A stretch of DNA of 64,000 nucleotides from Thermoanaerobaculia bacterium. Its GTDB lineage: Bacteria; Acidobacteriota; Thermoanaerobaculia; UBA5066. Under the pieces are notes generated by a model. That model saw nothing but the letters and a program-made list of their open reading frames with translations, was not told the origin of the DNA and made no database searches. The stretch covers positions 161,224-225,223 of the forward strand of contig CAWFJJ010000001.1 of NCBI GenBank assembly GCA_963816185.1. The letters are read 5' to 3'. Both the position numbers and the translations under genes were made by a program. Positions 9,043 to 18,036 of the stretch are shown piece after piece (positions within the stretch are counted from its first letter, which is position 1; every line of letters begins with the position of its first letter).

Positions 9043-10167
9043 ATGATAGACAATCGTCCGATGCGCGTCGAATTCGCGGTACTCCGGCACGTCGAGATGC
9101 CCCTCAAGTTCCGTTTCCGCACGTCCTTCGGGGAGACGGGCGTGAAGAAGTTCCTCCTCCTCGAGGTCCGCGCCGACGGCCTTTCCGGATGGGGCGAGTG
9201 CGTCGCCGAGGAAGGGCCGTTCTATTCGCCCGAGACGATCTCCACGGCGTCCTCGATCCTCACGGCGTTCCTGCTGCCGCTCGTTCTCGGCAAGTCCGTC
9301 GCGTCTCCCGAGGAGTTCGAGCGTCTCTCCTCGCGCATCCGCGGGAACCGGATGGCGAAAGGCGCCGTCGAGTGCGCGCTCCGTGACCTGTTCGCGAAGG
9401 CGGCCGGCGTCCCCCTGGGGAAGTCGCTCGGGGGCTCGCGCGAGAAGATCGAGGTCGGTGTCTCGCTCGGCATCTCGCCGACGCCGGCGGAGACCGTCGA
9501 GAACGTGAGGAAGCACGTCGAGCAGGGCTATCGCCGCATCAAGCTGAAGATCGAGCCGGGCTCGGATCAGGACCGGCTCTCCGCCGTGCGCGCCGCGTTC
9601 CCGGACATCACGCTCACGGTCGACGCGAACGCCGCCTATACGCCCGCGCAGGCGGACATGCTGCGCGCCCTCGACGCGTTCCGGCTCGACTACATGGAGC
9701 AGCCTCTGCACCACGAGGACCTCGTCGCGCACGCCGAGCTCGCGAGAACGCTGAAGACGCCGATCTGCCTCGACGAGTCGATCCGCTCGGCCGCCGACGC
9801 GAGGGCCGCGATCCAGCTCGGCGCCTGTAAGGTCCTCAACGTCAAGATCGGCCGCGTCGGCGGGCACGGCGAAGCCGTGCGGATTCACGACGCCGCGCGA
9901 GCCGCAGGCGTGCCGGTGTGGTGCGGGGGCATGCTCGAGGCCGGAATCGGTCGCGCCCACAACGTCGCGATCGCGAGCCTGCCGGGCTTTTCGAAGCCGG
10001 GCGACACGTCATCCTCGTCCCGCTACTTCGAGGAGGACATCGTGGCACCCCCGCTCGAAGCCACGGACGGGCTCATGCCCGTGCCGAAGGGGCCGGGCAT
10101 CGGGGTCGCGATCCGGCCGGAGATCCTCTCCCGTGTCACGACGGGAATCCAGGAGCTTCGCGCGTGA
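9043..10167 (+). CDS. Enolase-superfamily N-succinylamino acid racemase / o-succinylbenzoate synthase family enzyme
   Basis: 374 aa. It carries MR/MLE/OSBS hallmark segments (KIEVGVSLG, RIKLKIEPG, TVDANAAY, DYMEQP, CLDES, KIGRVGG). Confidence 0.85.
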   Translation: MIDNRPMRVEFAVLRHVEMPLKFRFRTSFGETGVKKFLLLEVRADGLSGWGECVAEEGPFYSPETISTASSILTAFLLPLVLGKSVASPEEFERLSSRIRGNRMAKGAVECALRDLFAKAAGVPLGKSLGGSREKIEVGVSLGISPTPAETVENVRKHVEQGYRRIKLKIEPGSDQDRLSAVRAAFPDITLTVDANAAYTPAQADMLRALDAFRLDYMEQPLHHEDLVAHAELARTLKTPICLDESIRSAADARAAIQLGACKVLNVKIGRVGGHGEAVRIHDAARAAGVPVWCGGMLEAGIGRAHNVAIASLPGFSKPGDTSSSSRYFEEDIVAPPLEATDGLMPVPKGPGIGVAIRPEILSRVTTGIQELRA

Positions 10168-11306
10168 GCGCGCGCGTCCGCGACCTCGCCGCGCTGTTTG
10201 CCGCGCGTCAGAAGTCGATGCTGTCCGACCTCGAGGCCCTCGTCGTGCGGGAGAGCCCGTCCGGCGAGCCCGCCCTGGTCGGCACCCTCACGCGCTGGAT
10301 CGCGGCGCGCCTCGAAGAGGCTGGAATTCCGGCTTCGGGTGTTCCGTGCGCGGGTCGCGGCGACGCCCTGCTCGCGCGCGCCGGCCCCGAGCGCGGGGGC
10401 ACTCTTCTGCTCGGCCATCTCGACACGGTCTGGCCCGCCGGCACGCTGAAAGGGATTCCGTTTCGCGTCGAGGCCGGCGTCGCGCGGGGGCCGGGCGTCT
10501 TCGACATGAAGGGGGGCATCGCCGTCGCCCTCGCCGTCCTCGAGGCCGTCGCGCATGGAGATGTGACTCCTGCCGGGGGCTTCACGCTCCTCCTGACGCC
10601 GGACGAGGAGGTCGGGACACACGCTTCGCGCGACCTCCTCGTCGCCGAGGCCCTGAAGCGCGACCGGGTGTTCGTCCTCGAGCCGTCGGGCGAGGGCGGT
10701 GCCGCGAAGATCGCACGGAAGGGAGTCGGCCTCGTGGCGGTCCGCTTTTCCGGCGTGGCCGCGCACGCGGGGCTCGAGCCCGAGAAGGGGGCTTCGGCCC
10801 TCCTCGAGATGGCGCGGTTCGCGCTGTATGCCGACGCGCTCGCAGACCTTCCGTCGGGCACCTCGGTCGTGCCGACGGTCGCGGCGTCGGGCACGGTGAC
10901 GAACGTCGTGCCCGAGAGCGCCTCGCTCTCGGTGGATTTCCGGCTCTGGACCCAGGCCGAGGGAGAGCGCGTCCTCGCGGGACTTCGCGCGTACCGTCCG
11001 GGGGACTCGCGGGTAGAGGTCACACTCGACGGCGGCGTCAACCGTCCGCCCATGGAGGCGACCGAAGCGTCACTCGCGCTCCACAGGCGCGCCGCGGCGC
11101 TCGCGAAGACGCTCGGTTTCGACCTCGGGGCGGTGCGCGTCGGCGGAGGTTCCGACGGGAATCTCACGGCCTCCGCGGGCGTCCCGACGCTGGACGGCCT
11201 CGGGCCTTCGGGCGCCGGCGCGCACGCCCGCACGGAGCATCTCCTCGTGGAGGATCTTCCCCGGCGCGCGGCTCTCCTCGCGGGTCTCCTCGAGGATGCG
11301 GCGTGA
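10164..11306 (+). CDS. M20-family amidohydrolase (desuccinylase/deacetylase-like)
   Basis: The GTG start overlaps the preceding stop (GTGA). It has M20 motifs (LLGHLDTVWP, GVFDMKGG, DEEVG) and a C-terminal dimerisation region. Confidence 0.8.
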   Translation: MSARVRDLAALFAARQKSMLSDLEALVVRESPSGEPALVGTLTRWIAARLEEAGIPASGVPCAGRGDALLARAGPERGGTLLLGHLDTVWPAGTLKGIPFRVEAGVARGPGVFDMKGGIAVALAVLEAVAHGDVTPAGGFTLLLTPDEEVGTHASRDLLVAEALKRDRVFVLEPSGEGGAAKIARKGVGLVAVRFSGVAAHAGLEPEKGASALLEMARFALYADALADLPSGTSVVPTVAASGTVTNVVPESASLSVDFRLWTQAEGERVLAGLRAYRPGDSRVEVTLDGGVNRPPMEATEASLALHRRAAALAKTLGFDLGAVRVGGGSDGNLTASAGVPTLDGLGPSGAGAHARTEHLLVEDLPRRAALLAGLLEDAA

Positions 11307-12082
11307 GCGGACGCCTCGTGGTCCGGGAGCTCAGGACCCCGGAGGAATTCATCGAGACGGCGCACGTCTCGAAGGCCGCGTGGGGATTCGCCGAACGTTT
11401 CCTCTCGCCCGCGAGCGACCTCGTCGCGGCCACGCACGCAGGCGGTCTCACGGCCGCTGCGTTCGAGGGGAAGAAGATGCTCGGCTTCGTGCACGGCATC
11501 CCGCGCACGAACGTGGGCGAGCCGTGCCAGCATTCGCACCTCCTCGCCGTCCGGCCCGATGCGCAAGGGCGCGGGCTCGGCGCGACGCTCAAGCTCTTCC
11601 AGCGGGCGTGGTGCCTCGAGCGTGGGATCCGGCTCGTGACCTGGACCTACGACCCGTTCCTGCTGAAGAACGCGAAGCTGAACATCGCGCGGCTGCGCGC
11701 GACGGTGCGGACCCTCCTGCCGGATTTCTACGGCCACATGGGCGGCATCTACGCCGGCCTGCCGACGGACCGGTTCGAGGTGAACTGGCGCCTCGACGAT
11801 CCGCTCGTCGAGAGCGCGGCGCGGGGCGAGGAGCCGCCTCCGGACGGCACGGCCGGCGCGCCGGCGGTGACCCGGCCAGGGCAGATTCCCGAAGCAAGGC
11901 GGGTTCTCCTTCCGTTCCTCGCGGACGCGCCCCGCGTCTATCGCACCGATCCGAAGCGGAGCCTCGCCGCGCGCAGGAAGTTCCGGAGGCTGGCCCTGGC
12001 CCTGTTCGCGGCGGGCTACGAGGTCACGGACGTGACGGCCCGGGACGGCGAGCCCGCGTACGTCCTCGACCGGGCCGGGTGA
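11303..12082 (+). CDS. GNAT-family acyltransferase
   Basis: The GTG start overlaps the M20 stop (GTGA). It has a GNAT core (HSHLLAVRPDAQGRGLGATLKLFQRAW). It lies in the C-terminal part of ORF 10133..12082. Confidence 0.65.
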   Translation: MSGRLVVRELRTPEEFIETAHVSKAAWGFAERFLSPASDLVAATHAGGLTAAAFEGKKMLGFVHGIPRTNVGEPCQHSHLLAVRPDAQGRGLGATLKLFQRAWCLERGIRLVTWTYDPFLLKNAKLNIARLRATVRTLLPDFYGHMGGIYAGLPTDRFEVNWRLDDPLVESAARGEEPPPDGTAGAPAVTRPGQIPEARRVLLPFLADAPRVYRTDPKRSLAARRKFRRLALALFAAGYEVTDVTARDGEPAYVLDRAG

Positions 12083-12108
12083 TAGAGTTTTCGACCAGGA
12101 GGACGACG

Positions 12109-12396
12109 ATGAAGAAGATTCTTCGAGTGCTGGTTCCCGCTGCCTTTCTGCTGCTCGCTCCCGTCTTCGCGCAGGCGGCCGTCGACGACTTCCAGGTGAC
12201 CGGAAACGTCACGGAGAAGACCGCCGACTCGATCACGGTCATGAAGGGCAAGGAGCGCTTCCAGATCGCGATCGACAAGGACACGAAGATGACCGGCGAC
12301 GTGAAGGTCGGCGGCAAGGTCACGATCAAGTACAAGATGCACGCGAGCTCGATCGAGGCGAAGGAAGCGGCGGCGAAGCCTGCCAAGAAGAAATAA
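12109..12396 (+). CDS. Small secreted Lys-rich protein
   Basis: AGGAGG lies upstream of ATG 12109. Signal peptide MKKILRVLVPAAFLLLAPVFAQA. 95 aa. Confidence 0.5.
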   Translation: MKKILRVLVPAAFLLLAPVFAQAAVDDFQVTGNVTEKTADSITVMKGKERFQIAIDKDTKMTGDVKVGGKVTIKYKMHASSIEAKEAAAKPAKKK

Positions 12397-12466
12397 AGAA
12401 GGAAGCGACGAGCCGGCGCGCCAGCCCTCTTTACCTTCTAAGAAAGAATTTCTTTCTTTCTCTTTC

Positions 12467-13549
12467 TCAGGCTTTCGCCAGCTCTTCCTTCAGCTTCTCG
12501 GCTTGGAAGTGCGCGACGAGCGGGTCGATCAGCTCGTCGAGGCGTCCGTCGAGAATTTCCGGGAGCCGGTGTGACGTGAAGGCGATGCGATGGTCCGTCA
12601 CCCGGCTCTGGGGAAAGTTGTACGTCCGGATCTTCTCGGAGCGGTCGCCCGAGCCCACCATCTTCTTGCGGTCGGCGGCGTAAGCGGCTTCCTTCTTCGC
12701 ACGCTCCGCCTCGTAGATGCGCGCCTTGAGGACACGCATCGCCTTCGCCTTGTTCTTGATCTGCGAGCGCTCGTCCTGACACTGCACGACGACGCCGGTG
12801 GGGACGTGCGTGAGGCGCACCGCCGAGTACGTCGTGTTGACGCCCTGCCCGCCCGGCCCGGACGCGCAGAAGAGATCCACCCGGACGTCCTTGTCCAGGA
12901 TCGAAACGTCCACGTCCTCCGCCTCGGGCAGGACGGCGACCGTGGCCGCGGAGGTGTGGATGCGCCCGGCGGCCTCCGTGGCCGGAACGCGCTGCACGCG
13001 GTGAACGCCGCCCTCATACTTGAGACGCGAGTAGGCGCCTTCGCCCTCGACGATGGCCTCGACCTCCTTGAGGCCGCCGGCGCCGCCGGAGTCGCTGCGG
13101 TCGATGATCTCGACTTTCCAGCCGCGGCTTTCGGCGTAACGCACGTACATCCTCAGGAGCTCCTCGGCGAAAAGGGCAGCCTCGTCGCCACCGGTCCCCG
13201 CCCGGATCTCGAGGACGACGTTCTTGCCGTCGTTCGGGTCCTTGGGCAGAAGGAGAAGGCGAATCTCCTCCTCGATCGCGGTACAACGCGCCCTCAGGCT
13301 CTCGAGCTCCTGCTGCGCGATGGGCCGCAGCTCGTCCGCGGGCGGAAGCGTGTCGAGAAGCTCCTGGGCTCCGGCGAGCTGCACGTCGATCCTCTTCCGC
13401 TCGCGGTTCTTCTCGACGATCGGCAGGATCTCGCGCATCGCCCGCATCGTCTTCGTCGCGAGGGCGTGGTCGGCGAGCACCTCGGGCGAGGCCGCGCGGG
13501 CTTCGAGATCGGCGTAGCGGCGTTCGATCTCGTCGAGTCTTTGAAACAT
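12467..13549 (-). CDS. prfA: Peptide chain release factor 1
   Basis: 360 aa from [12 protein letters not shown]. It has the PAT tripeptide region and the GGQ motif (SGPGGQGVN). Confidence 0.95.
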   Translation of the reverse strand: MFQRLDEIERRYADLEARAASPEVLADHALATKTMRAMREILPIVEKNRERKRIDVQLAGAQELLDTLPPADELRPIAQQELESLRARCTAIEEEIRLLLLPKDPNDGKNVVLEIRAGTGGDEAALFAEELLRMYVRYAESRGWKVEIIDRSDSGGAGGLKEVEAIVEGEGAYSRLKYEGGVHRVQRVPATEAAGRIHTSAATVAVLPEAEDVDVSILDKDVRVDLFCASGPGGQGVNTTYSAVRLTHVPTGVVVQCQDERSQIKNKAKAMRVLKARIYEAERAKKEAAYAADRKKMVGSGDRSEKIRTYNFPQSRVTDHRIAFTSHRLPEILDGRLDELIDPLVAHFQAEKLKEELAKA

Positions 13550-13587
13550 GGGAGGCGGACGCGGGCGGCCCGGGAGGACCGCCGCGA

Positions 13588-13851
13588 TCAGGCGGTCGTC
13601 GGGACGGCGGGCTTGGCGGGCTTCTCTTTGGCCGCGGCGGCCGCGGCCTTGGGCGTGTTCGCGTAACGCTTCTGGAAACGCTCGACGCGGCCGGCCGTGT
13701 CGACGAGCTTCGATTTGCCCGTGAAGAACGGGTGGCAATTCGAGCAGATCTCGAGGCGGAGCTCGGTCTTCGTGCTTTTCGTCTTCCACGTGTTTCCGCA
13801 CGCGCAATGCACGGTCACGTCGTGGTAGGCGGGGTGGATCTTCTCTTTCAT
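13588..13851 (-). CDS. rpmE: 50S ribosomal protein L31
   Basis: 87 aa. [28 protein letters not shown] ... [10 protein letters not shown], with a Zn ribbon. Confidence 0.95.
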   Translation of the reverse strand: MKEKIHPAYHDVTVHCACGNTWKTKSTKTELRLEICSNCHPFFTGKSKLVDTAGRVERFQKRYANTPKAAAAAAKEKPAKPAVPTTA

Positions 13852-13967
13852 CTCGGGGCTCCCTTCACGGCTCCGCCGCGTGTGAGCGGCGCCGGAACCG
13901 CGAAGAATAACATGGGCCTGCCGTACGGGGAACCCCCAGAACCGATTGTCCTTGCTAGACTTCGCGC

Positions 13968-15630
13968 GTGCTCGTTCTCAACGTGCGCGTGCCCGGAGAG
14001 CCGGCGCGCCGCATCCGGCTCGACCGCCCGGTCCTGACGCTCGGCCGCTCCTCCACGAACGACGTCCCCCTCGGGGATCGGACGCTCTCGCGCGTGCACG
14101 CACGAATCGAGGGCGTCCTCGACGGCGGGCCGATCCGTCTCGTGGACCTCGGATCGCGGAACGGCACGTCCCTGAACGGCTCGCGCATCACGGAGCCGAC
14201 GCCGCTTTCGGCCGGGGACCGCATCCAGCTCGGCGAGACGCTCGTGGAGATCATCGAGGAATCCACGACCCGCGTCGTCATCGATCCCTTCGGGGAAGAG
14301 AGCTCCAAGAGAACGACGTTCCTGCAGTCCTCCAAGGATCTCCTGCGTCCGCACAAGCAGGAGCGGGACTCGAAGCTCGGGGCCGAGGAGCTCGCGCGCC
14401 TGAACGCGTCGCTCCGGATGCTCAACGAGATCTCCGTCGAGCTTCTCGGCGATATCCCGTTGAACCGCCTGCTCGAGCTGATCCTCGAAAAGACCTTCAC
14501 GTTCCTGCAGCCCGACCGCGGTCTCCTGATGCTCGCGGACGAGCACGGGGAGCTGAAACCGGAGAAGGTGAAGTATGCCCCGGGCGTCGACCCGTCCGAC
14601 ATCCGGCTCAGCAAGACGCTCATCCAGTCGGTGGTGGAAAAGAAGAACGGCGTCCTCCTGATCGACGCGGCGACGGACGCCGGTCTCGGCGCCGCCGAGT
14701 CGATCCGGATCCAGGGCATCACGTCCTGCATGGCGGCCCCTCTTTTCGTCGAGGACAGGGTCATCGGACTCATCTACCTCGAGGTGCGGCTCGGGCGGAA
14801 GAGCTTCAGCGAGGAGGACCTGCGCCTCCTGACCTCCCTCGCGAACACGTCCGCCATCAAGATCCAGAATCTGCGCCTGCAGGAAGGCGCCGCGGCCCGG
14901 AAGCGCATCGAGAGCCGAGATGGCTCTCGCGTGGGACATCCAGCGGCGCCTGCTGCCGGAAGCCGAGCCCATCCTGCCGCACACGGAGCTCCTCGGCCGG
15001 ACGGTTCCGGCGAGCACGGTCTCGGGGGACTATTACGACTTCTTCGAGCGGGGGGACAAGTCGCTCGACGTCGTCGTCGCGGACGTGAGCGGAAAAGGCA
15101 TGGGCGCCTCGATTCTCGCGGCCTCGGTGCAGGCCGCGTTCCAGGCGTGGGCCGGAGAGCACTTCCCGCCGGATCGGCTCTGCTCGCGGCTCAACGAGAT
15201 GGTCTTCCGGCGCACGAGCCCGGAGAAGTTCATCACGTTCTTCCTCGCGCTCTACGATCCCGAGTCGGGCTCCGTCGTGTTCACGAACGCGGGTCACAAC
15301 CCGGGCATTCTCGTGCGGGCCGGCGGCGCCACGGAGCTGCTCGGCGCCCACGGGCCTCCGCTCGGGCTCTTTCCGGGAAAGACCTACGGTTCGGGGACCT
15401 TCACGCTGGAGACGGGCGACGTCCTCGCCCTCTACACCGACGGCGTGACGGAGGCCGCGAATCCCGAGGACGAGGAATTCGGGACGCCGCGCCTCGTCGA
15501 GACGCTCGTGAGGGCGCGCCGGGGCTCAGTCGCGCAGATCGAAGCCGAGGTCGGCGCGGCTCTCACGGCGTTTACCGCCGGCACGCCTTTCGGCGATGAC
15601 CGGACGTTCGTCGTACTGAAGCGAACCTAG
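13968..15630 (+). CDS. FHA-GAF-PP2C (SpoIIE-type) serine/threonine phosphatase. It has an apparent +1 frameshift near 14900.
   Basis: ORF 13968..15599 carries an FHA domain ([13 protein letters not shown] ... SRVHARI ... [10 protein letters not shown]) and a GAF domain. ORF 14920..15630 in the +1 frame carries the PP2C domain ([14 protein letters not shown] ... GDYYDFF ... [13 protein letters not shown] ... [11 protein letters not shown]). The frame-0 continuation is low-complexity. Confidence 0.75.
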
Positions 15631-15679
15631 ACGAGAACCCGGACACCGGCGCCACGGGGCTCAATGCGCGGACGGAATC

Positions 15680-16288
15680 TCAGCCGCCCTTCGGCTCCCC
15701 CATGAGTTCTCCTCGCTCGTTGTAATAGCACCGGCAGTTGCGGCGGAGCTCTCCGTTGAGCATGGTGCGGGCTCGGTGCAGCCTGATCTTGACGGTTCCC
15801 ACGGAGAGGGAGAGGCGACGAGCGGTCTCCTCGCTCGTCAAATCCTCGAACTCGCTGAGGACGTATACGTCGTGGTAGCGGGGGGGAAGCTTTCGGACGT
15901 AGTCGAGGTAGCACGCGACCATCTCGTTCCGAACCGCGTTCTCCTCGGGCGTGCGCGAGCCGGGGTCCGGAAGGCGCGAAGAGGCGGTGTCTTCCTCGTC
16001 ATTTCGCCACGCGGGCTCGGAGCGTTTTCGTCGGGCCGCATCCCGGACCGTGTTGAGGGTGATCGTGTAGATCCAGGATGTCAGCTTCGAGGAGTCCGAG
16101 ACCGTCGACAGGGACCGACGAATCTTGACGAAGACCTCCTGGGCGATGTCGTCGGCTTCGTTGCGGCCGAGCAGCTTGGCCGCATAAGCCACCACCTTGC
16201 CGTGGTAGGTCTCGTAGATCCGAGAGAGGTCGAGGGCCCCATCGCTCACCGGCGCTCCTCCACGGAACCGTCCCTCGAATTGTCCCAC
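15680..16288 (-). CDS. ECF-subfamily RNA polymerase sigma factor
   Basis: 202 aa. It has region 2 (DIAQEVFVKI) and region 4 HTH (TSEETARRLSLSVGTVKIRLHRAR). The C-terminal tail has CRCYYNE. Confidence 0.85.
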   Translation of the reverse strand: MGQFEGRFRGGAPVSDGALDLSRIYETYHGKVVAYAAKLLGRNEADDIAQEVFVKIRRSLSTVSDSSKLTSWIYTITLNTVRDAARRKRSEPAWRNDEEDTASSRLPDPGSRTPEENAVRNEMVACYLDYVRKLPPRYHDVYVLSEFEDLTSEETARRLSLSVGTVKIRLHRARTMLNGELRRNCRCYYNERGELMGEPKGG

Positions 16289-16358
16289 CGATGGACGATC
16301 CGCCGAGCGGCCGCGTATCTCACCCCCGCCCGTTTTCGTCTCGGGATGTGAAGTCGGG

Positions 16359-16374
16359 CCTCAGGGCCCTGAGG
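16359..16374. promoter_or_regulatory. Perfect 16-bp palindrome cctcagggccctgagg. It may be an operator for a dimeric regulator.
   Basis: The palindrome was read directly. It lies 12 nt upstream of the DUF2892 start. It is also in the upstream region of the divergent ECF sigma gene. Confidence 0.3.
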
Positions 16375-16385
16375 GGAGAGCAGCA

Positions 16386-16586
16386 ATGAGGAAGAACATC
16401 GGAAACGTCGAGCGCATCGTCCGGGTGGTTCTCGGGATCGTGGTGGTGTCACTGGCATTCGTGGGTCCCCGGTCGCCTTGGGCGTTGCTGGGGATCATTC
16501 CGATCGTGACGGGATTGATCGGCTATTGCCCACCGTACGCCCTTTTCGGCATCGACACCACGCGCCTCACGTATGGCAAGGGGTGA
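16386..16586 (+). CDS. DUF2892 (YgaP-like) small inner-membrane protein
   Basis: 66 aa. MRKNIGNVERIVRVVLGIVVVSLAFVG ... GLIGYCPPYALFGIDT. Two TM helices and a conserved GxCP motif. Confidence 0.6.
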   Translation: MRKNIGNVERIVRVVLGIVVVSLAFVGPRSPWALLGIIPIVTGLIGYCPPYALFGIDTTRLTYGKG

Positions 16587-16626
16587 GTCCAAGATGGACT
16601 CGGTGCGTCAATCTCGCCGGAGGAAC

Positions 16627-18033
16627 CTACGCGCGAGGCGGCGCGGCGGCCTCCGGCTCGACCGCGTCCCGGGCGTCTCGTGAAAGCATGCCGTGGCGCT
16701 TCAGCATCTCGTTCAGCGTCGTCGGCTTGAGGCCGAGGAGCTCGGCCGCGCGCTTCTGAACGCCCGACGCGCGCTGCAAGGCCGCCGAAAGCAGCGAGCG
16801 CTCGTAGGCGGCGACGGCATCCTTGAAGGAGAGCCCCTCGGCGGGCAGCGCCGCCGCGCGCGGCACGGAGCGCCGCACGGTGTCCGGAAGCTGGTCGAGG
16901 TCGATGACGCCGTGGCCGAGAACGAGGGCGCGCTCGAGGACGTTCTCGAGCTCGCGCACGTTGCCGGGCCAATCGTGGTCGAGGAGCGCCTTCATCGTCG
17001 CAGGCGTGACGGAGGGGACGGCCCTGCCGTTCTCCGCGGCGGCTCGCGCGAGGAGCGTCTCCACGAGAAGCGGCACGTCCTCGCGGCGCTCGCGCAGCGG
17101 AGGAAGCGGAATCGTGATGACGCAGAGGCGGTAGAAGAGGTCTTCGCGGAAGCGGCCCTCGGCCACGAGCCGCGCGAGATCGGCGTTCGTGGCCGCGATG
17201 ACGCGCACGTCGGCGTGCTGCGGCTCGACCGCGCCCACGGGCAGGAATTCGCGCTCCTGCAGGACGCGCAGGAGCTTCGCCTGCGTCTCGATCGGGACCG
17301 TGCCGATCTCGTCGAAGAAGATCGTGCCCTGGTCGGCCGCCTTGAACAGGCCCTTCTTGTCGGCGACCGCACCCGTGAACGAGCCCCGCACGTGTCCGAA
17401 GAGATTCGACTCGAGAAGGTCGGGCGGGAGAGCTCCGGAGTGTACGGTGACGAACGGGCCCGACGCCCGCGGAGACAGCCGGTGGAGCGCCTTGGCGACG
17501 AGCTCCTTGCCCGTTCCGCTCTCTCCGGTGATCAGGATTGTCGAGCGCGCGGCCGCCGCCTGGCGGATCGTCTCGAACACGCGCTCCATCGAGGCCGAGC
17601 GCCCGATGATCTCCTTGAGGCCGGGCGGAGTTTCGAGGCGCGCCTTGAGGGCTCGGTTCTCGGCCACGAGCCGGCGCTTCTCGAGCGCCTGCTTGACGAC
17701 GTGGACGACCTCCTCGTTCCGGAATGGCTTGGGGAGGTAGTGAAACGCGCCTTCGCGCATCGCGGCGATCGCGCTCTCGACGGATGAGTACGCGGTCACG
17801 ACGACGATCGGCACCTCGGGATGCCGCGCCTTGACCTCCGACAGGACTTCGAGGCCCGGGCGGTCGGGGAGCATGAGGTCGAGGAGCAGCAGGTCGATGG
17901 GCTCCTTGGCGAGGCGGTCGAGCCCCTCTGCCGCTGTTGCGGCTTCGCGCGTCACGAACCCGGCCTTCGCGAGCACGGACCCGAGAACGTCGCGGATGAC
18001 GGGCTCGTCGTCGAGAATGAGAACGGTGGACAT
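16627..18033 (-). CDS. Sigma54-dependent response regulator (NtrC family: REC + AAA+ + HTH)
   Basis: 468 aa. REC (ILILDDEPVIRDVL ... LLLLDLMLPD), AAA+ (GESGTGKE, GAFTGA-like, ESNLFGH) and C-terminal Fis-type HTH. Confidence 0.95.
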   Translation of the reverse strand: MSTVLILDDEPVIRDVLGSVLAKAGFVTREAATAAEGLDRLAKEPIDLLLLDLMLPDRPGLEVLSEVKARHPEVPIVVVTAYSSVESAIAAMREGAFHYLPKPFRNEEVVHVVKQALEKRRLVAENRALKARLETPPGLKEIIGRSASMERVFETIRQAAAARSTILITGESGTGKELVAKALHRLSPRASGPFVTVHSGALPPDLLESNLFGHVRGSFTGAVADKKGLFKAADQGTIFFDEIGTVPIETQAKLLRVLQEREFLPVGAVEPQHADVRVIAATNADLARLVAEGRFREDLFYRLCVITIPLPPLRERREDVPLLVETLLARAAAENGRAVPSVTPATMKALLDHDWPGNVRELENVLERALVLGHGVIDLDQLPDTVRRSVPRAAALPAEGLSFKDAVAAYERSLLSAALQRASGVQKRAAELLGLKPTTLNEMLKRHGMLSRDARDAVEPEAAAPPRA

Positions 18034-18036
18034 TTT

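Noticed and set aside
12397-12466. Bidirectional terminator between the small secreted protein gene and prfA
   Set aside because: It has only a weak AT hairpin (agaaag-aattt-ctttct) with flanking T/A runs. This is too weak to call with confidence.
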